Source of the DNA: the human T2T-CHM13v2.0 reference genome, Homo sapiens
Length of the DNA: 64,000 bases
Reading direction: 5' to 3' (one strand)
NCBI RefSeq assembly: GCF_009914755.1
Contig: NC_060938.1
Part shown: in pieces, positions 1 to 13,440 of the stretch
Numbering within the stretch: position 1 is the stretch's first letter
How the letters are laid out: each line of letters opens with the position of its first letter
The notes under the pieces: generated by a model
Seen by the model: the letters and a program-made list of their open reading frames with translations, nothing else
Told to the model about the DNA's origin: nothing
The model's database searches: none
Program-made: the position numbers and the translations under genes

Positions 1-790
1 GTAAGGATAGTATAAAGGGTTCCAGTGAGCCTTCCACCCAGTCTCCCCTAATTTTAGCGTGTTATATAACCATGACACATTTATCAAAACTAAGAAATCA
101 ACATTGCTACACTATTGACTAAACTATGGACTTTATTTGGCTTTTTGACAGTTTTTCCAATAATGCCCTTTTCCTATTCAAGGATCCAATCCAGAATACC
201 ACGTTGCATTCATCTGTTATGTCTTCTTAGTCTCTGCCAATCCGTGACAGCGTCACTGTCTTCCCTTGTTACTCATGAACTTGACACTTTTGAAGAGTAT
301 TAGTCAGGTATTTTGTAGAATGCTCCTCAATTGCGGATTTTTTCTCTAGATTGCACTGGCATTCTGGATTTGGGGGTAAGGTAACACAGTGGTGATGTCC
401 TTCTCATTGCATCATTTCCAGGGATGCTTGACATCAACACTACTTATCACTGGTGATGCTCACCTCCATCACTTGGATAAGGCTAAATCTTTCAGATTTT
501 TTCACTGTAGGGTCACTATTTTTACTTTTCCAAAACTCTATTTATTACAAGCAAGGCACTAAATCCAGCTTACTTTCATAAGGAGGGAAATTAAACTCCA
601 CCTGCTGGAGGAAAAACTATGAAAGAATTTGTGGATATATGTTAAATTCAGTGCAGTAATTAATAAATCTTTGGCCACAGATATTTGAGGTTATTCAAAT
701 ATCCTGTTTCTTCCTTATGTTTCAGACACTAATTTCAGCAGTCATCCATGAATCTTTCCTATGGCGACTATTACTGTGGTATTCTAGTGG
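1..790 (-). mobile_element. Old L1M (L1MC-like) 3' fragment, interrupted by the THE1 LTR and resuming to about 1510
   Basis: Degenerate L1MC-type 3' UTR motifs; subfamily judged by eye. Confidence 0.5.
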
Positions 791-1154
791 TGTATTAGTC
801 CATTCTTACACTGCTAACAAAGACATATGGGAGACTGGGTAATTTATAAAGAAAAAGATGTTTAATGGACTCACAGTTCCACAGGACTGGGGAGGCCTCA
901 CAATCATGGTGGAAGGCAAAGATAGAGCAAAGGCACATCTTGTATGGTGGTAAGCAAGAGAGCATGTGGAGGGGAACTGCCCTTTATAAACCATCAGATC
1001 TCATGAGATTTATTCACTATCACCAGAACAGCATGGGAAAAAATCAGAGCCATGATTCAATTACCTCCCACTGGGTACCTCCCAGGCCAGGTGGGGATTA
1101 TGGGAGCTACAATTCAAGACAAGATTTGAGTGGGGACACAGCCAAACCACATCA
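791..1154 (-). mobile_element. Solo MaLR LTR (THE1D-like)
   Basis: Runs tgtattagtcc...gccaaaccacatca, the reverse complement of a THE1 LTR; 5-bp TSD agtgg at 786-790 and 1155-1159. Confidence 0.9.
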
Positions 1155-1572
1155 AGTGGTGTCTTCCATTTCCCTCCTTTCTTTTATGTTTACTATTTGG
1201 AAATCTTCCACAAGGAAGATTTTTTTCACTTCTTCAGTTATTATGTATTTAACCATTTATTTTTATCAGTATAAACTCACAGATATTTACTTTTTTCTTT
1301 GGGTTATAACTCAGTAGTATTTTTATTAATTTTGTTGTTCAAAGTTTTCCAGCTTTGGCCACTGGGAGCTCTTTCAGGTTGGCTGCATGTTGCTTTGTCA
1401 GGCCTGTTCCCTGACCCCTTACTTTCTGGCAACACAAGGTCCTCCAGGTTCATCATGCATTTTCCCTTCCCTAGCCCTTGAGTCAGCCAGTTCTCCAGGG
1501 AGTCCTAGTTCAAAACGGACAACTTTTCAAATCAACTTCCATGTGTTGCTATGTATAATTTTCAGATTCTTT

Positions 1573-1883
1573 CTTTTCTTTTTTTTTTTTTGAGATGGAG
1601 TCTCGCTCTTTCACCCAGGCCAGAGTGCAGTGGCACGATCTCTGCTTACTGCAAGCTCTGCCCCCTAGGTTCATGCCTTTCTCCTGCCTCAGCCTCCTGA
1701 GTAGCTGGGACTACAGACACCCGCCACAACGCCCGGCTAATTTTTTTTTTTTTTTTTGTATTTTTAGTAGAGATGGAGTTTCACTGTGTTAGCCAGGATG
1801 GTCTCCATCTCCTGACCTTGTGATCCACCCGTCTTGGCCTCCCAAAGTGCTGGGATTACAGGCATGAGCCACCGCGCCCGGCC
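1573..1883 (-). mobile_element. AluY
   Basis: Full dimer with AluY-type motifs (gcaagctc, gtgttagccaggatgg); TSD aattttcagatt on both sides. Confidence 0.92.
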
Positions 1884-2422
1884 AATTTTCAGATTATTTC
1901 TATGCTATAATTAATGCTATAATTAACTATAGATTTTCCATAATTAAGTCATATGTATTATAGCACTCAGACTAACAGGCTGCAGTAAGAAGGAACATGA
2001 ACCTATCACCAATGTTTTACCCTTCTTTCTCTAGCACTCACCTGGTAATCTCTGTGGGCCCAACTGGCTCTAAGATTCTATGATTCTATAATGAAAAGAC
2101 AAAAGGCAAAAGATGTTCCCATGAGGGACATTTCTTTGAATCAGAAAATTGTTTCATTTTGCCAAAAATAAATTTAAGCCTTAGTTGACCTCCATTTTGC
2201 CTTTTCTATCCTTCCTGTCATTTAATCCTATTCCTTCCATTTTATTATCAATTTTGAAATGAAAATTTAAATTTGTTTTGCTTGATCAAATTATGATATA
2301 AATAAAGTAATAAAAATACAAAACAATAAATTATACTTATAAAGTCTACAGCTTCTTGAAATTAACATATTATAATCTACTGCTGCTGCAATCTTTAGTC
2401 ATCAAACAGTTTAAACACTAGA

Positions 2423-4910
2423 GTAGTGGTTCTTGACAGAGGGGACTTTGCCCCGATATGGATTGGCTGTGCCCCCATGCAAATCTTATCTTGAATTGTA
2501 GCTTCCACAATTCCCACATGTTGTGGGAGGGATCCAGTAGGAGGTAATTGAATCATGGGGAAAGGCTTTTCCCATGATCTTCTCATGATAATTAATAAGT
2601 CTCATGAGACATAATGGTTTTGTAAGGGAGAACCCTTTTCACTTAGTTCCCATTCTCTCTTACTGCTGCCATGTAAGAAGTACTTTTCGCCTTCCACCAT
2701 GATTGTGAGGCCTCCCTAGCCACATGGAACTGTGAGTTTATTAAACCTATTTTCTCTCCAGTCTCAGGTATGTCTTTATCAGTAGTGTGAAAATGAACTA
2801 ATACAGTAAATTGGTACCAGTGGACTGGGGCATTGCTGAAAAGATACCAAAAAATGTGAAAGCAACTTTGGAACTGGCTAACAGGCATAGGTTGAAACTG
2901 TTTGGAGGGCTCAGAAGAAGACAGGAAATGTGGGAATATTTGGAATTCCCTAGTAGAGACTTTTTAAATGGCTTTGAGCAAAATGCTGATAATGATATGG
3001 GCAATGAAATCCGGGCTGAGGTGGTCTCAGATGGAGAGGAGGAATTTGTTGGGAACTGGAGCAAAGGTGACTCTTGCTATATTTTAGCAAAGATACCGGC
3101 AGCATTTTGCCCCTGACCTAGAGATTTGTGGAACTTTGAATTTGAGAGAGATGATTTAGGGTATTTGGCAGAAGAAATTTCTAAACAGCAAAGCATTCAA
3201 GGTGTGACTTGGGTGCTGTTAAAGGTGTTCAGTTTTAAAAGGGAAACAGAGCATAAAAGTTTGACAAATTTGCAGTCTGACAATGTGATAGAAAATAAAA
3301 TCCCATTTTCTAAGGAGAAATTCAAGCTGGCTGCAGAAATTTGCATAATTAATGAGGAGCTGAATGTTAATCACCAAGACAATGGGGAAAATGTCTCCAG
3401 GGCATGTCAGAGACCTTCGTGGTAGCTCCTCCCACCACAGGCCCAGAGGCCTAGGAGGAAGAAATGGTGTCATTGGCCGGGACCAGAGTCTCTCTGCTGT
3501 GTGCAGTCTAAGGACTGTGTTCCAGTTGCTCCATCCATGACTAAAAGGAGCCAAGGTACAGCTTGGGCCATGGCTTCAGAAGGTGCAAGTTCCAAGCCTT
3601 GGCAGCTTCCATGTGGTGTTGAGCCTGCAGGTGCACAGGAGTCAAGAATTGAGGTTTGGGAACCTCTGCCTAGTTTTTCAGAAGATATTATGGAAACATC
3701 TGGATGTCCAGGCAAAAGTTTGCTGCAGCAGTGGGGCCCTCATGGAGAACCTCTACCAGGGCAGTGAAGAAGAGAAATGTAGGGTGGGGATCCCCACAGA
3801 CTCCCCACTAGGGTGCTGCCTAGTGAAGCTGTAAGAAGAGAGCCACCATCCTCCAGACCCCAGAATGGTAGATCCACTGACAGCTTGCACAATGCACCTG
3901 GAAAAGCCACAGACACTCAATACCAGCCCATGAAAGCAGCTGGGAGGGAGGCAGTATCCTCCAAAGCCACAGGGGCAGAGCTGCCTGAGACCACGGGAAC
4001 CCATCTCTTGCATCAGCATGACCCAGATGTGAGACATGGAGTCAAAAGATATCATTTTGGAGCTTTAAAATTTGACTTCCCTGCTGCATTTTGGACTTGC
4101 ATGGGGCCTGTAGCCCCTTTGTTTTGGCCAATTTCTCCCATTTGTAACAGCTGTATTTACCCAATACATGTACCTACATTGTATCTAGAAAGTAATTAAC
4201 TTGCTTTTGATTTTATGGGCTCACAGACAGAGGGGACTTGCCTCGTCTCAGATGAGACATTGGACTGTAAACTTTTGAATTAATGCTGAAATGGGTTAAC
4301 AATTTGGGGTTCTACTGGGAAGGCATGATTGGTTTTGAAATTTGAGGACATGAGATTTGGGAGGGGCCAGGGACAGAATGATATGTTTTGGCTGTGTCCC
4401 CACAGAAATCTCATCTTGAATTGTAGCTGCCACAATTCCGTGTTGTGGGAGGGACCAAGTGGGGGGTAACTGAATCATGGGGGCACGTATTTCCTGTGCT
4501 GCTCTTGTGACAGTAAGTCTTATGAGATATGATGGTTTTATAAGGGGAAACCCCTTTCAGTCAGTTCTCATTCTCTCTTGCTGCTGCCATGTAAGAAGTG
4601 TCTGTTTCCTTCTGCCATGATTGTGAGACCTCCTGAGCCACATGGAATTGGGAGTCCATTAAACCTATTTTTCTTCCCAGTCTCAGGTATATCTTTATCA
4701 GCAGTGTGAAAATGGACCAATAGAGCCCCCAAGGGACACTTGTCAATCTCTAGAGACATTTATGGTTGTGGCATCCTGGGGGGATACTACTGGCATCTAG
4801 CAGGGACAGTCCTGGAATGCTGCTAAGCATCTTATAATATATCAGAGCCCACCACACCAAAGAATTATCCAGCCCAAAAGCCAGTAGTCTCAAGACTGGT
4901 AAATTATGAT
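2423..4910. mobile_element. MER20 (hAT-Charlie) DNA transposon, split by the THE1 insertion into about 2423-2454 and 4725-4910
   Basis: agtggttcttgacagaggggactttgcccc continues after the THE1 as caagggacacttgtcaatctctagagacatt...actggcatctag...aagaattatccagccc. Confidence 0.75.
2455..4724 (+). mobile_element. Complete THE1 MaLR element: 5' LTR ~2455-2805, internal region ~2806-4378, 3' LTR ~4379-4724
   Basis: Two similar LTRs; internal region starts gtaaattggtacc; THE1-int-type ORF remnants at 2811-4199; TSD gcccc at 2450-2454 and 4725-4729. Confidence 0.93.
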
Positions 4911-5699
4911 CTAAAGGGACTTTTAATTTTCTAATTGGCTAGCTGGCTAAGTAACAGATATTTTCCTCCAAAACTCTTAAGGAAAATGATTAGCAAATTC
5001 CAAGGACTACTGCCACTAAAATGTTGAGTACAATAAAGAATTGTCTGGAAGAATCAGATGATAGAATACTTAGGATCCACTGTAGCTTTACAGTGCCAAG
5101 AAAGCAAAGACATGGTTAGGCTCATGCTACATCTTAACTTATTCCATTTTGAATAAGTGACTTATCTGACACAGCAAGGGTCAAATGCATCTGAAAAATA
5201 CACTGTTAAATGCATGAATTATCAGTAAGTTAGCACTTTAAACAAACACACTGATGGTCTGTTGGCTAACATGATATGGTTCTAGTGTGATGAAGGTAAG
5301 TGAATTTGGGGCCAGGAGATAGAATCTAGGAGTGTAGTCATGGCTCCATCTCTTGCCGACTGAGTGACTCTAGCTGGGTCATATGGCTTACCTGGGCTTC
5401 AGTTTCTGCATCTGATAAACGTGAACGCTTATGTATGTCTGTTTTATCTACCTCACTGGTCATTGTGAGAATTCTTTTTTTAAGTACACTTTCTCTTTAT
5501 TTGAGTATTGATATATTCTCATATCTTTTTTATACTCCTCATATATGGTTTTGGAAATAACAATGTATTTGGAAGACCAAGGAAAAGTAGATTCCTCCAG
5601 GGAGGAGGCTTCACACACCCCCATGTAGAGACATGATTGGTCTCCTATAATTAACTAACTTCTTTCCTCTTCATATGTCTCATTAGAGTGTGAAAATAG

Positions 5700-6830
5700 A
5701 TTTTTAAAAGTATCATAGACAAGCCACAGACTTGTAGAAAATATTTTCAAAATGCATATCTGATAAAAAATGTGTATCTAAAATGTACAAAGAACTCTTA
5801 AAATTCAACAATAAGAAAACAAGCAACCCAGTTAAATAATGTAAAAAAACCTGAACAGACCCCTCACCAAAGAAGGTAAACAGATGCCAAATAAGGATAT
5901 GAAAAAATGCTCAATATTGTTTGTCAACAGAGAATTGCAACTTAAAATGACAACAAAGTACCACTACATAACTATTGTAGTGGGTAATTTTTGAACTGGA
6001 AAAATTTGAGCAATAAAATAAATAGAATAATATATAATTTTAACTCAAAGTACCAAATAAATATCCATGAGTCCATACTGGTACTAATAGATAATTGAGT
6101 AAATATTTAAATGGGAGATATGAGACAAATTATGCATAAGAATTCTAAATAATTTGTCTGGATACTCCACCCTCAGGAGGTGGAGCAAAACTTCTCACTC
6201 ATTAAGTGTGGGCTGCACAAAGTAGCCTCCTTCTAAAGAGTGCACTATGGAAAGAGAAAACCTAACAAACACCACCTTGGCAAGGTGAACAAGGTCACCA
6301 TAAATAGTGATTAGTCATGTTGACAGTATGTACCCTTCAGATGATGTGATGACGATGGCACCTTACCTCTGTGGTTCTCCTCCCTAAAAGCCATGACCCC
6401 AGTCTAATCATGAGAATAACAACATAAAGATTTCAGTATGGGGCATCCTACTGTACCCCTGATTGGTGCTCTTCCAAACCTGCAAGGTCATACAAAGCAG
6501 AAAATGTCCCAGCAACTGCCTCAGCCAGAGGAGCCTCAGGAGACTTGACAGCTAAATGTTTCTTGGGATCCTGAATGAGATCCCAGAACAGAAAAGGACA
6601 CTCAGTGTAAACCACAGAAATATAAGTAAAATATAGGCTTTAAGTAATAAAAATATATCAATATTGGTACATGAATAATAATAAATGCACTAATATAATA
6701 TATATAATATTGTAAGACGTTAATGATAAACACAGCCGGGGGTGGATGTGAACTCTGTCTACTCTAAGTTCACAATGTTTCTGTAGATATGCAAATCTCC
6801 TAAAACAAAGTTTATTTTAAAAACAATATT
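5700..6830 (+). mobile_element. Old L1M fragments (ORF2 3' end plus L1MC-type 3' UTR)
   Basis: L1-like tracts such as aaatgcatatctgataaa...aagaactcttaaaattcaacaataag and an A-rich end. Confidence 0.65.
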
Positions 6831-7154
6831 ATTATAATGATTGATGAAAAACATTGTGAGAGAGCAGTTGTGGTTTAAACTGTTATTGCATTTTGTGAGC
6901 ATTTGGTTTTTCTAACAGAAGATGGAACTAGAAGACACACCTTTAGATTTGCTCAGTAGTTTACCCTGGGGCAGCTGGTACCACCCCTCTGTCATTAGCC
7001 ATTTAGGAAAGCTAGGAGAAAAGTGTCAGTGTTTAATTACATGTCAGAGGACAATGAGCATCACAGAGTGCATGTGGAGTACATTGGAAAATGTTTCCTT
7101 CCACACAATGAGCCTGATATATCTCTCTAATAAAGGGCAAATGGAGAAGGACTT

Positions 7155-7338
7155 CCATCCCTGTCACTGAGTATGGACCACCAGGGTTGTCAGTTGTGGA
7201 CCATCCTCATCACTGAGTATAGGCCACTAGTGTTGTCAGCTGTGGAACATCCCTGTCACTAAGTATGGGCCACCAGGTTTGTCAGCTGTGGACCATCCCT
7301 GTCACTGAGTATGGGCCATCAGGGTTGTCATCTGTGAA
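7155..7338. repeat. 46-bp minisatellite, 4 copies
   Basis: Unit ccatccctgtcactgagtatgggccaccagggttgtcagctgtgga, repeated with a few substitutions. Confidence 0.92.
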
Positions 7339-7872
7339 TGGAAACCATTCATCTCTCCAGGACGCTGCAGCCCTAGTGAAGTGAATGTGCTCATATGAAG
7401 ACTCACACAAGTATAAAATGTTTAGGCTTCTTGGGGATGAGTCTGGCTATGGCCACTGGCTGGAAAATGAGGTGTGTTTTCCTACCATCCTTCCCTCTTT
7501 CTCTACTCCATTCATATCAGCCTCAGACTTTCTGAAAATAAAAAAAAACAAAAAAAAACCCCACAATAAAATTAGTTCTTCATGTAGAGCGCAGCGCAGT
7601 TTGGTTTTGTATCCAGGACGCCTGTAAAGATAATATATTTCTCCCCTAAATTTCACCATAGAATGTCTCTTCTCAAACCATAGCAATTTCCCTCTCAGCT
7701 AAACAGAAGATTTTCCCAACTAGGAAATCACCAGACATGCTGTTTCCAGGATGACTTACTTTGAATGCTCAGTGCATTTGAAACTGAACTCCCATGGATA
7801 GGAAAGGGGTATGGAGCAGTCATTACATAGCAAATCTTGAAAATGCCAAGATCATTGAACTAAAAAACTTCA

Positions 7873-8233
<361 letters not shown>

Positions 8234-9827
8234 CTACATTAATACAAATGACAGATTATAACCATATATAAACCTCCCAATTAAAACAAACAAATGACTA
8301 AAACAGGTGGCAGTGTTAATTGCCGATCTCTCTGTGGTTCACATTCTGTTTCGTTCCTTTAGAACGTCACTACCTACCCCTCGATCTGCAATGCTAGTAA
8401 AAGGACTTTCATGTCTGTGCACTTTAAGCATCTTGGGGATGGCATCACAGGAGCAGAAGAGGCCATGGGAAAAGAAACTTTGAATGCAGGGAGCATACTG
8501 AGGTAGTCAGCATGTTCTGCTGCTTGATCCTGACATCGGGCTATTGAAATTGAAGATGGAAAACCCGTATTGAGTCATTTGGCTCTCTCCCTTGAGGGCA
8601 GTAGATTATGCTGGACAGTATTTTATTTAGCACTCTGTCCAGTTCTATTTTAACTTGCTCTTCCTTGGAGGCCTATTAACTCAAACCCAGCAAGGATTTT
8701 ATTACAAATGGAAGGCATTCTACTAGTTGGTCTTTTCTTCCACAAAACACACATTCTCCAGCTGAGATATTAAAAAACAAAATTTACCAAACAACATGAG
8801 AACAGTGCTGGATTGTAGAAGGAGCAATAAGTGGATTGTCGCAAAGTGGCTCCAGATGCTCGCTCTGACTTGCCTGAAACACATGCTCACTGAGAATCCT
8901 CAACACTGGGTCCCTGGAAATAGGGACCATGTGACACTAAGCGACCTGTAGCACTGATATCCTCATAGCCCCTTTTCCCCACAGGTCCCAGGATACCCAG
9001 GTTCTGGGCAGTTCCTGTTCCCAGGCAATTCATAAACAGCTACACCACATGCAGACTGCTTGGTACTGAGGAAATCTCATTCAACATCGACAAGTTTGCT
9101 TTCAGGCTTGCCCTTTGTAAAAGTCAGAGTGGCCCCAGTGGAATGCAAGTCCATGCTACTGGTCAGAAAAACATCTTGGTCCTCATGTTTTCTCTATGGC
9201 AAAGATGAGAGGATGAGGGACACTGGGCTTTTCTCCTCCTGGGTTCTGCAAGCTTCTGCCTTCCCAAAAAGGCTGATTCCCTAACTCATGCCATTCTCCA
9301 ACCTGGTGCATGAAAGACAGTGTCCCAGATGGCACCTTCCTTGAACAACAAAGAACGAGGACTTCTAGAGCCAAAAGCTGGGTTAAATATGTGCTCTGAT
9401 GCTCATTCGCTACAGGAGCCTCGGGTTCCGCATCTATCAACTAGAAATAACACCCGTGCCTTAGGCAGGGGCTGGGGTAAGGTGCTGTGGGTACATAGCG
9501 AGGGTCAGAACAGTAAAGAAATGCAATCAGTGGTAGCTACTACTGTTGGCATAATTACGAACAGCAGGAGGATGAACAGACACCCCCTGAAAACTTAGGA
9601 ACATTATTTTTAAATCACATGTAGTGTGAAAAGTACACAGTTTGGTTTGTTATACAGAAACAAGATGTTTAAATCCATGGAGTAGAAGATAACGATAATG
9701 CACTGATTGTTGGTTATGAAAGTCAGGAAGAAAATAACCAAGTTCAGTGCTCATCTTGATCTAGGACCATTCATGGCCTGACCTCTCTAATGCGCAGAGG
9801 ATAAAACCCAGGAGTGCATGATGCTCA

Positions 9828-10400
9828 CCAAGGATCAGTCAGAACTTCTCCAAGGTTCAGCTCCCAAATCAGCCAGAACTTCTCCAAGGATCAGCTCCCA
9901 AATCAGCCGGAACTTCTCCAAGGATCAGCTCCCAAATCAACCAAAACTTCTCCAAGGATCAGCTCCCAAATCAACCAGAACTTCTCAAAGGTTCAGCCCC
10001 CAAGTCAACCAGAACTTCTCCAAGGATCAGCTCCCAAATCAACCAGAACTTCTCCAAGGATCAGCTCCCAAATCAACCAGAACTTCTCCAAGGATCAGCC
10101 CCCAAATCAACCAAAACTTCTCCAAGGATCAGCTCCCAAATCAACCAAAACTTCTCCAAGGTTCAGCTCCCAAATCAACCAGAACTTCTCCAAGGTTCAG
10201 CTCCCAAATCTACCAGAACTTCTCCAAGGTTCAGCCCCCAAATCAACCAGAACTTCTCCAAGGATCAGCCCCCAAATCAGCCAGAACTTCTCCCAGGATC
10301 AGCTCCCAAATCAACCAGAACTTCTCCAAGGATCAGCTCCCAAATCAATCAGAACTTCTCCAGGGATCAGCTCCCAAATCAGCCAGAACTTCTCCCAGGA
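9828..10400. repeat. 34-bp VNTR, about 16-17 copies
   Basis: Unit ggatcagctcccaaatcaaccagaacttctccaa in head-to-tail copies, highly homogeneous, no spacers. Confidence 0.95.
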
Positions 10401-11730
10401 TGGGGGATCTTTTGATCTCATGCAGTCCCTTCACAGTGCTCAGCATTTTACCCAGAAAAGCATCAGTCACCCCTAAAGGCTAAGTTTTAAACAATGTAAA
10501 ACCAGAAAATGTTATATACACTACTGTGTGAGGCGTGAACGTGGGGAAGTGAGTGTGAAAGTGCATGAATATGAGCATTCAAGAAGGCATGAGTGTGCGA
10601 GGGAACCCCACCAACAAAGTAAGCAAGAGGACCTGGCCTCTTTCTATTTGCGACAACCCTAAATGGGGCTCAGAGATTTCCCACTGCGTTCCTTACCCTC
10701 TTAGTGGTGCACGCCGGCCTCTACAAAGCCATAAGCAAGGAAAAGAAGTAGAGGATCGTGAGTTTAAACAGTTCAAAATAAATTGGTATTGGGTGTTAAG
10801 GGCTTAAATTCCACTATCTATGTTTACCGTGTCTTAAGTTGAATTAAAACAAAATCCAACAACACAATGTTACAAGATGTTGCTGCCTAGAAACAACCGA
10901 AAGCTGGATTAGAGGGGCATAAATTAAGGATTGGGTACATTGTAACTAATTAAATATATACAAAAGAAAAGCAGATTTGGTAATATAATTGCAGGCTATG
11001 TAGTATTTAAAGTCTCTTATTGAGTTAAAAGAACATTGTATTATGTTAAATTGGTAAGCTAATAATAAAGATATGACATGAATAAACTTTAATATACCAA
11101 ATAAAAAAGCCCCAAAGTGTATATATATAAAACAAAAAACAGACAGATGTATGGCTGCAGCTGATAAATTTTTAACTCACCATTATCAACATACAGCAGA
11201 TACCATATTCAAAAATGAAACAAAATAAGAACTGAAAAAAATAAGTAATAAAATTAATGAGGTGGAACTAATAGAATATGCCAAACTTTTTATCTGAAAG
11301 TTAGAAATCTCATCCTCTTTCATACCTTCTGTCCATTTACAATCACCAACTGTGAAAACAAAATTATCATCCTATTTCCAGAAATTATTAAGACAAAAAG
11401 CTGATAAAAAATATTTAGCTAAACGAAGCATTAGAATACCAAATGATAGGGATGTGCGTGATGACTTAACTGTTTCTTGCACGTTTTGCTGGGCGCTGTA
11501 ATTCAGATAGTTTGTGTTTTAACTTTTACAATCTTTTAGTCTGCAATAATAATTTTATAGTTTGCTGTGGAACTGCACCAAATCCATAAAATCTGCAAAA
11601 GTCCTCAAAATTCCACATATGTGGGTTGTCATTGGCCCTAATAATTGTGCTCCAAGTTTTGCACTAAATTCTTCCACAAATTAGAAATGAAAACACCATG
11701 TGCTTCAGAGGAATGAATGAAAAACACCTG

Positions 11731-13242
11731 CCCTCTCCCTCTCCCTCTCCCTCTCCCTCTTTCCCCACGGTCTCCCTCTCCCTCTCTTTCCACGGTCTCC
11801 CTCTCCCTCTCCCTCTTTCCCCACAGTCTCCCTCTCCCTCTCTTTCCACGGTCTCCCTCTGATGCCGAGCCGAAGCTGGACTGTACTGCTGCCATCTCGG
11901 CTCACTGCAACCTCCCTGCCTGATTCTCCTGCCTCAGCCTGCCAAGTGCCTGCGATTGCAGGCGCGCGCTGCCACGCCTGACTGGTTTTCATATTTTTTT
12001 GCTGGAGACGGGGTTTCGCTGTGTTGGCCGGGCTGGTCTCCAGCTCCTAGCCACGAGTGATCCGCCAGCCTCGGCCTCCCGAGGTGCCAGGATTGCAGAC
12101 GGAGTCTCGTTCACTCAGTGCTCAATGGTGCCCAGGCTGGAGTGCAGTGGCGTGATCTCGGCTCGCTACAACCACCTCCCAGCCGCCTGCCTTGGCCTCC
12201 CAAAGTGCCGAGATTGCAGCCTCTGCCCGGCCGCCACCCCGTCTGGGAAGTGAGGAGCGTCTCTGCCTGGCTGCCCATCATCTGGGATGTGAGGAGCCCC
12301 TCTGCCTGGCTGCCCAGTCTGGAAAGTGAGGAGCGTCTCTGCCCGGCGCCATCCCGTCTAGGAAGTGAGGAGCGCCTTTTCCCGGCCGCCATCCCATCTA
12401 GGAAGTGAGGAGTGTCTCTGCCCGGCCGCCCATCATCTGAGATGTGGGGAGTGCCTCTGCTCCACCGCCCCGTCTGGGATGTGAGGAGCGCCTCTGCCCG
12501 GCAGCCACCCTGTCTGGGAAGTGAGGAGCTTCTCCGCCCGGCAGCCGCCCCGTCCGGGAGGGAGGTGGGGGGTCAGACCCGCCCGGCCAGCTCCCCCATC
12601 CGGGAGGGAGGTGAGGGGTCAGCCCCTGCCCGGCCAGCCACCCCATCCGGGAGGTGAGGGGCGACTCTGCCCAGCCGCCCCTACTGGGAAGTGAGGAGCC
12701 CCTCTGTCCGGCCACAACCCCATCTGGGAGGTTACCCAACAGCTCATTGAGAACGGGCCATGATGACAATCGCGGTTTTGTGGAATAGAAAAGGGGGAAA
12801 GGTGGGGAAAAGATTGAGAAATCGGATGGCTGCTGTGTCTGTGTAGAAAGAAGTAGACATGGGAGACTTTTCATTTTGTTCTGTACTAAGAAAAATTCTT
12901 CTGCCTTGGGATCCTGTTGATCTATGACCTTACCCCCAACCCTGTGCTCTCTGAAACATGTGCTGTGTCCACTCAGGGTTAAATGGGTTAAGGGCGGTGC
13001 AAGATGTGCTTTGTTAAACAGATGCTTGAAGGCAACATGCTCGTTAAGAGTCATCACCACTCCCTAATCTCAAGTACCCAAGGACACAAACACTGCGGAA
13101 GGCCGCAGGGTCCTCTGCCTAGGAAAACCAGAGACCTTTGTTCACTTGTTTATCTGCTGACCTTCCCTCCACTATTGTCCTATGACCCTGCCAAATCCCC
13201 CTCTGCGAGAAACACCCAAGAATGATCAATAAAAAAAAAAAA
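11731..13242 (+). mobile_element. Full-length SVA retrotransposon (SVA_D-like)
   Basis: (CCCTCT)n head at 11731; Alu-like domain ~11860-12220; GC-rich VNTR ~12220-12730; SINE-R ~12730-13227; aatgatcaataaa followed by poly(A). Confidence 0.97.
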
Positions 13243-13440
13243 GTAAAATAAAAAGTCTAGAAAATATAGAAAAGCAGAATAATGTAATAACCCATCAACC
13301 AGAATAAACAGATGTTCACATTTTGTCATTTTTACTTTGTAGGGTTTTCTGGTTTCATTTTGTATTTTGATTTGAGAACTTTATAAAATAAAAACAGTAG
13401 GGCAAAGATGAAAAAAAAATAAAAAATAAAAAAAAATAAA
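13243..13440 (+). other. Probable SVA 3'-transduced segment with its own poly(A) signal and second A-tail
   Basis: About 165 bp of non-SVA sequence, AATAAA at 13387-13392, then an A-rich tail at 13411-13440 starting 18 nt later. Confidence 0.6.

Noticed and set aside
2811-4199. Chain of ORFs as a gene
   Set aside because: Broken THE1-internal sequence between two LTRs
9828-10400. 34-bp repeats as a CRISPR array
   Set aside because: Units are head-to-tail with no unique spacers, there are no cas genes, and the DNA is primate
9828-10400. AGAACTTCT in each unit as a heat-shock element
   Set aside because: Spacing is GAA-n-TTC, not the required GAA-nn-TTC
11638-13225. Several 70-220-aa ORFs
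   Set aside because: All lie within SVA domains
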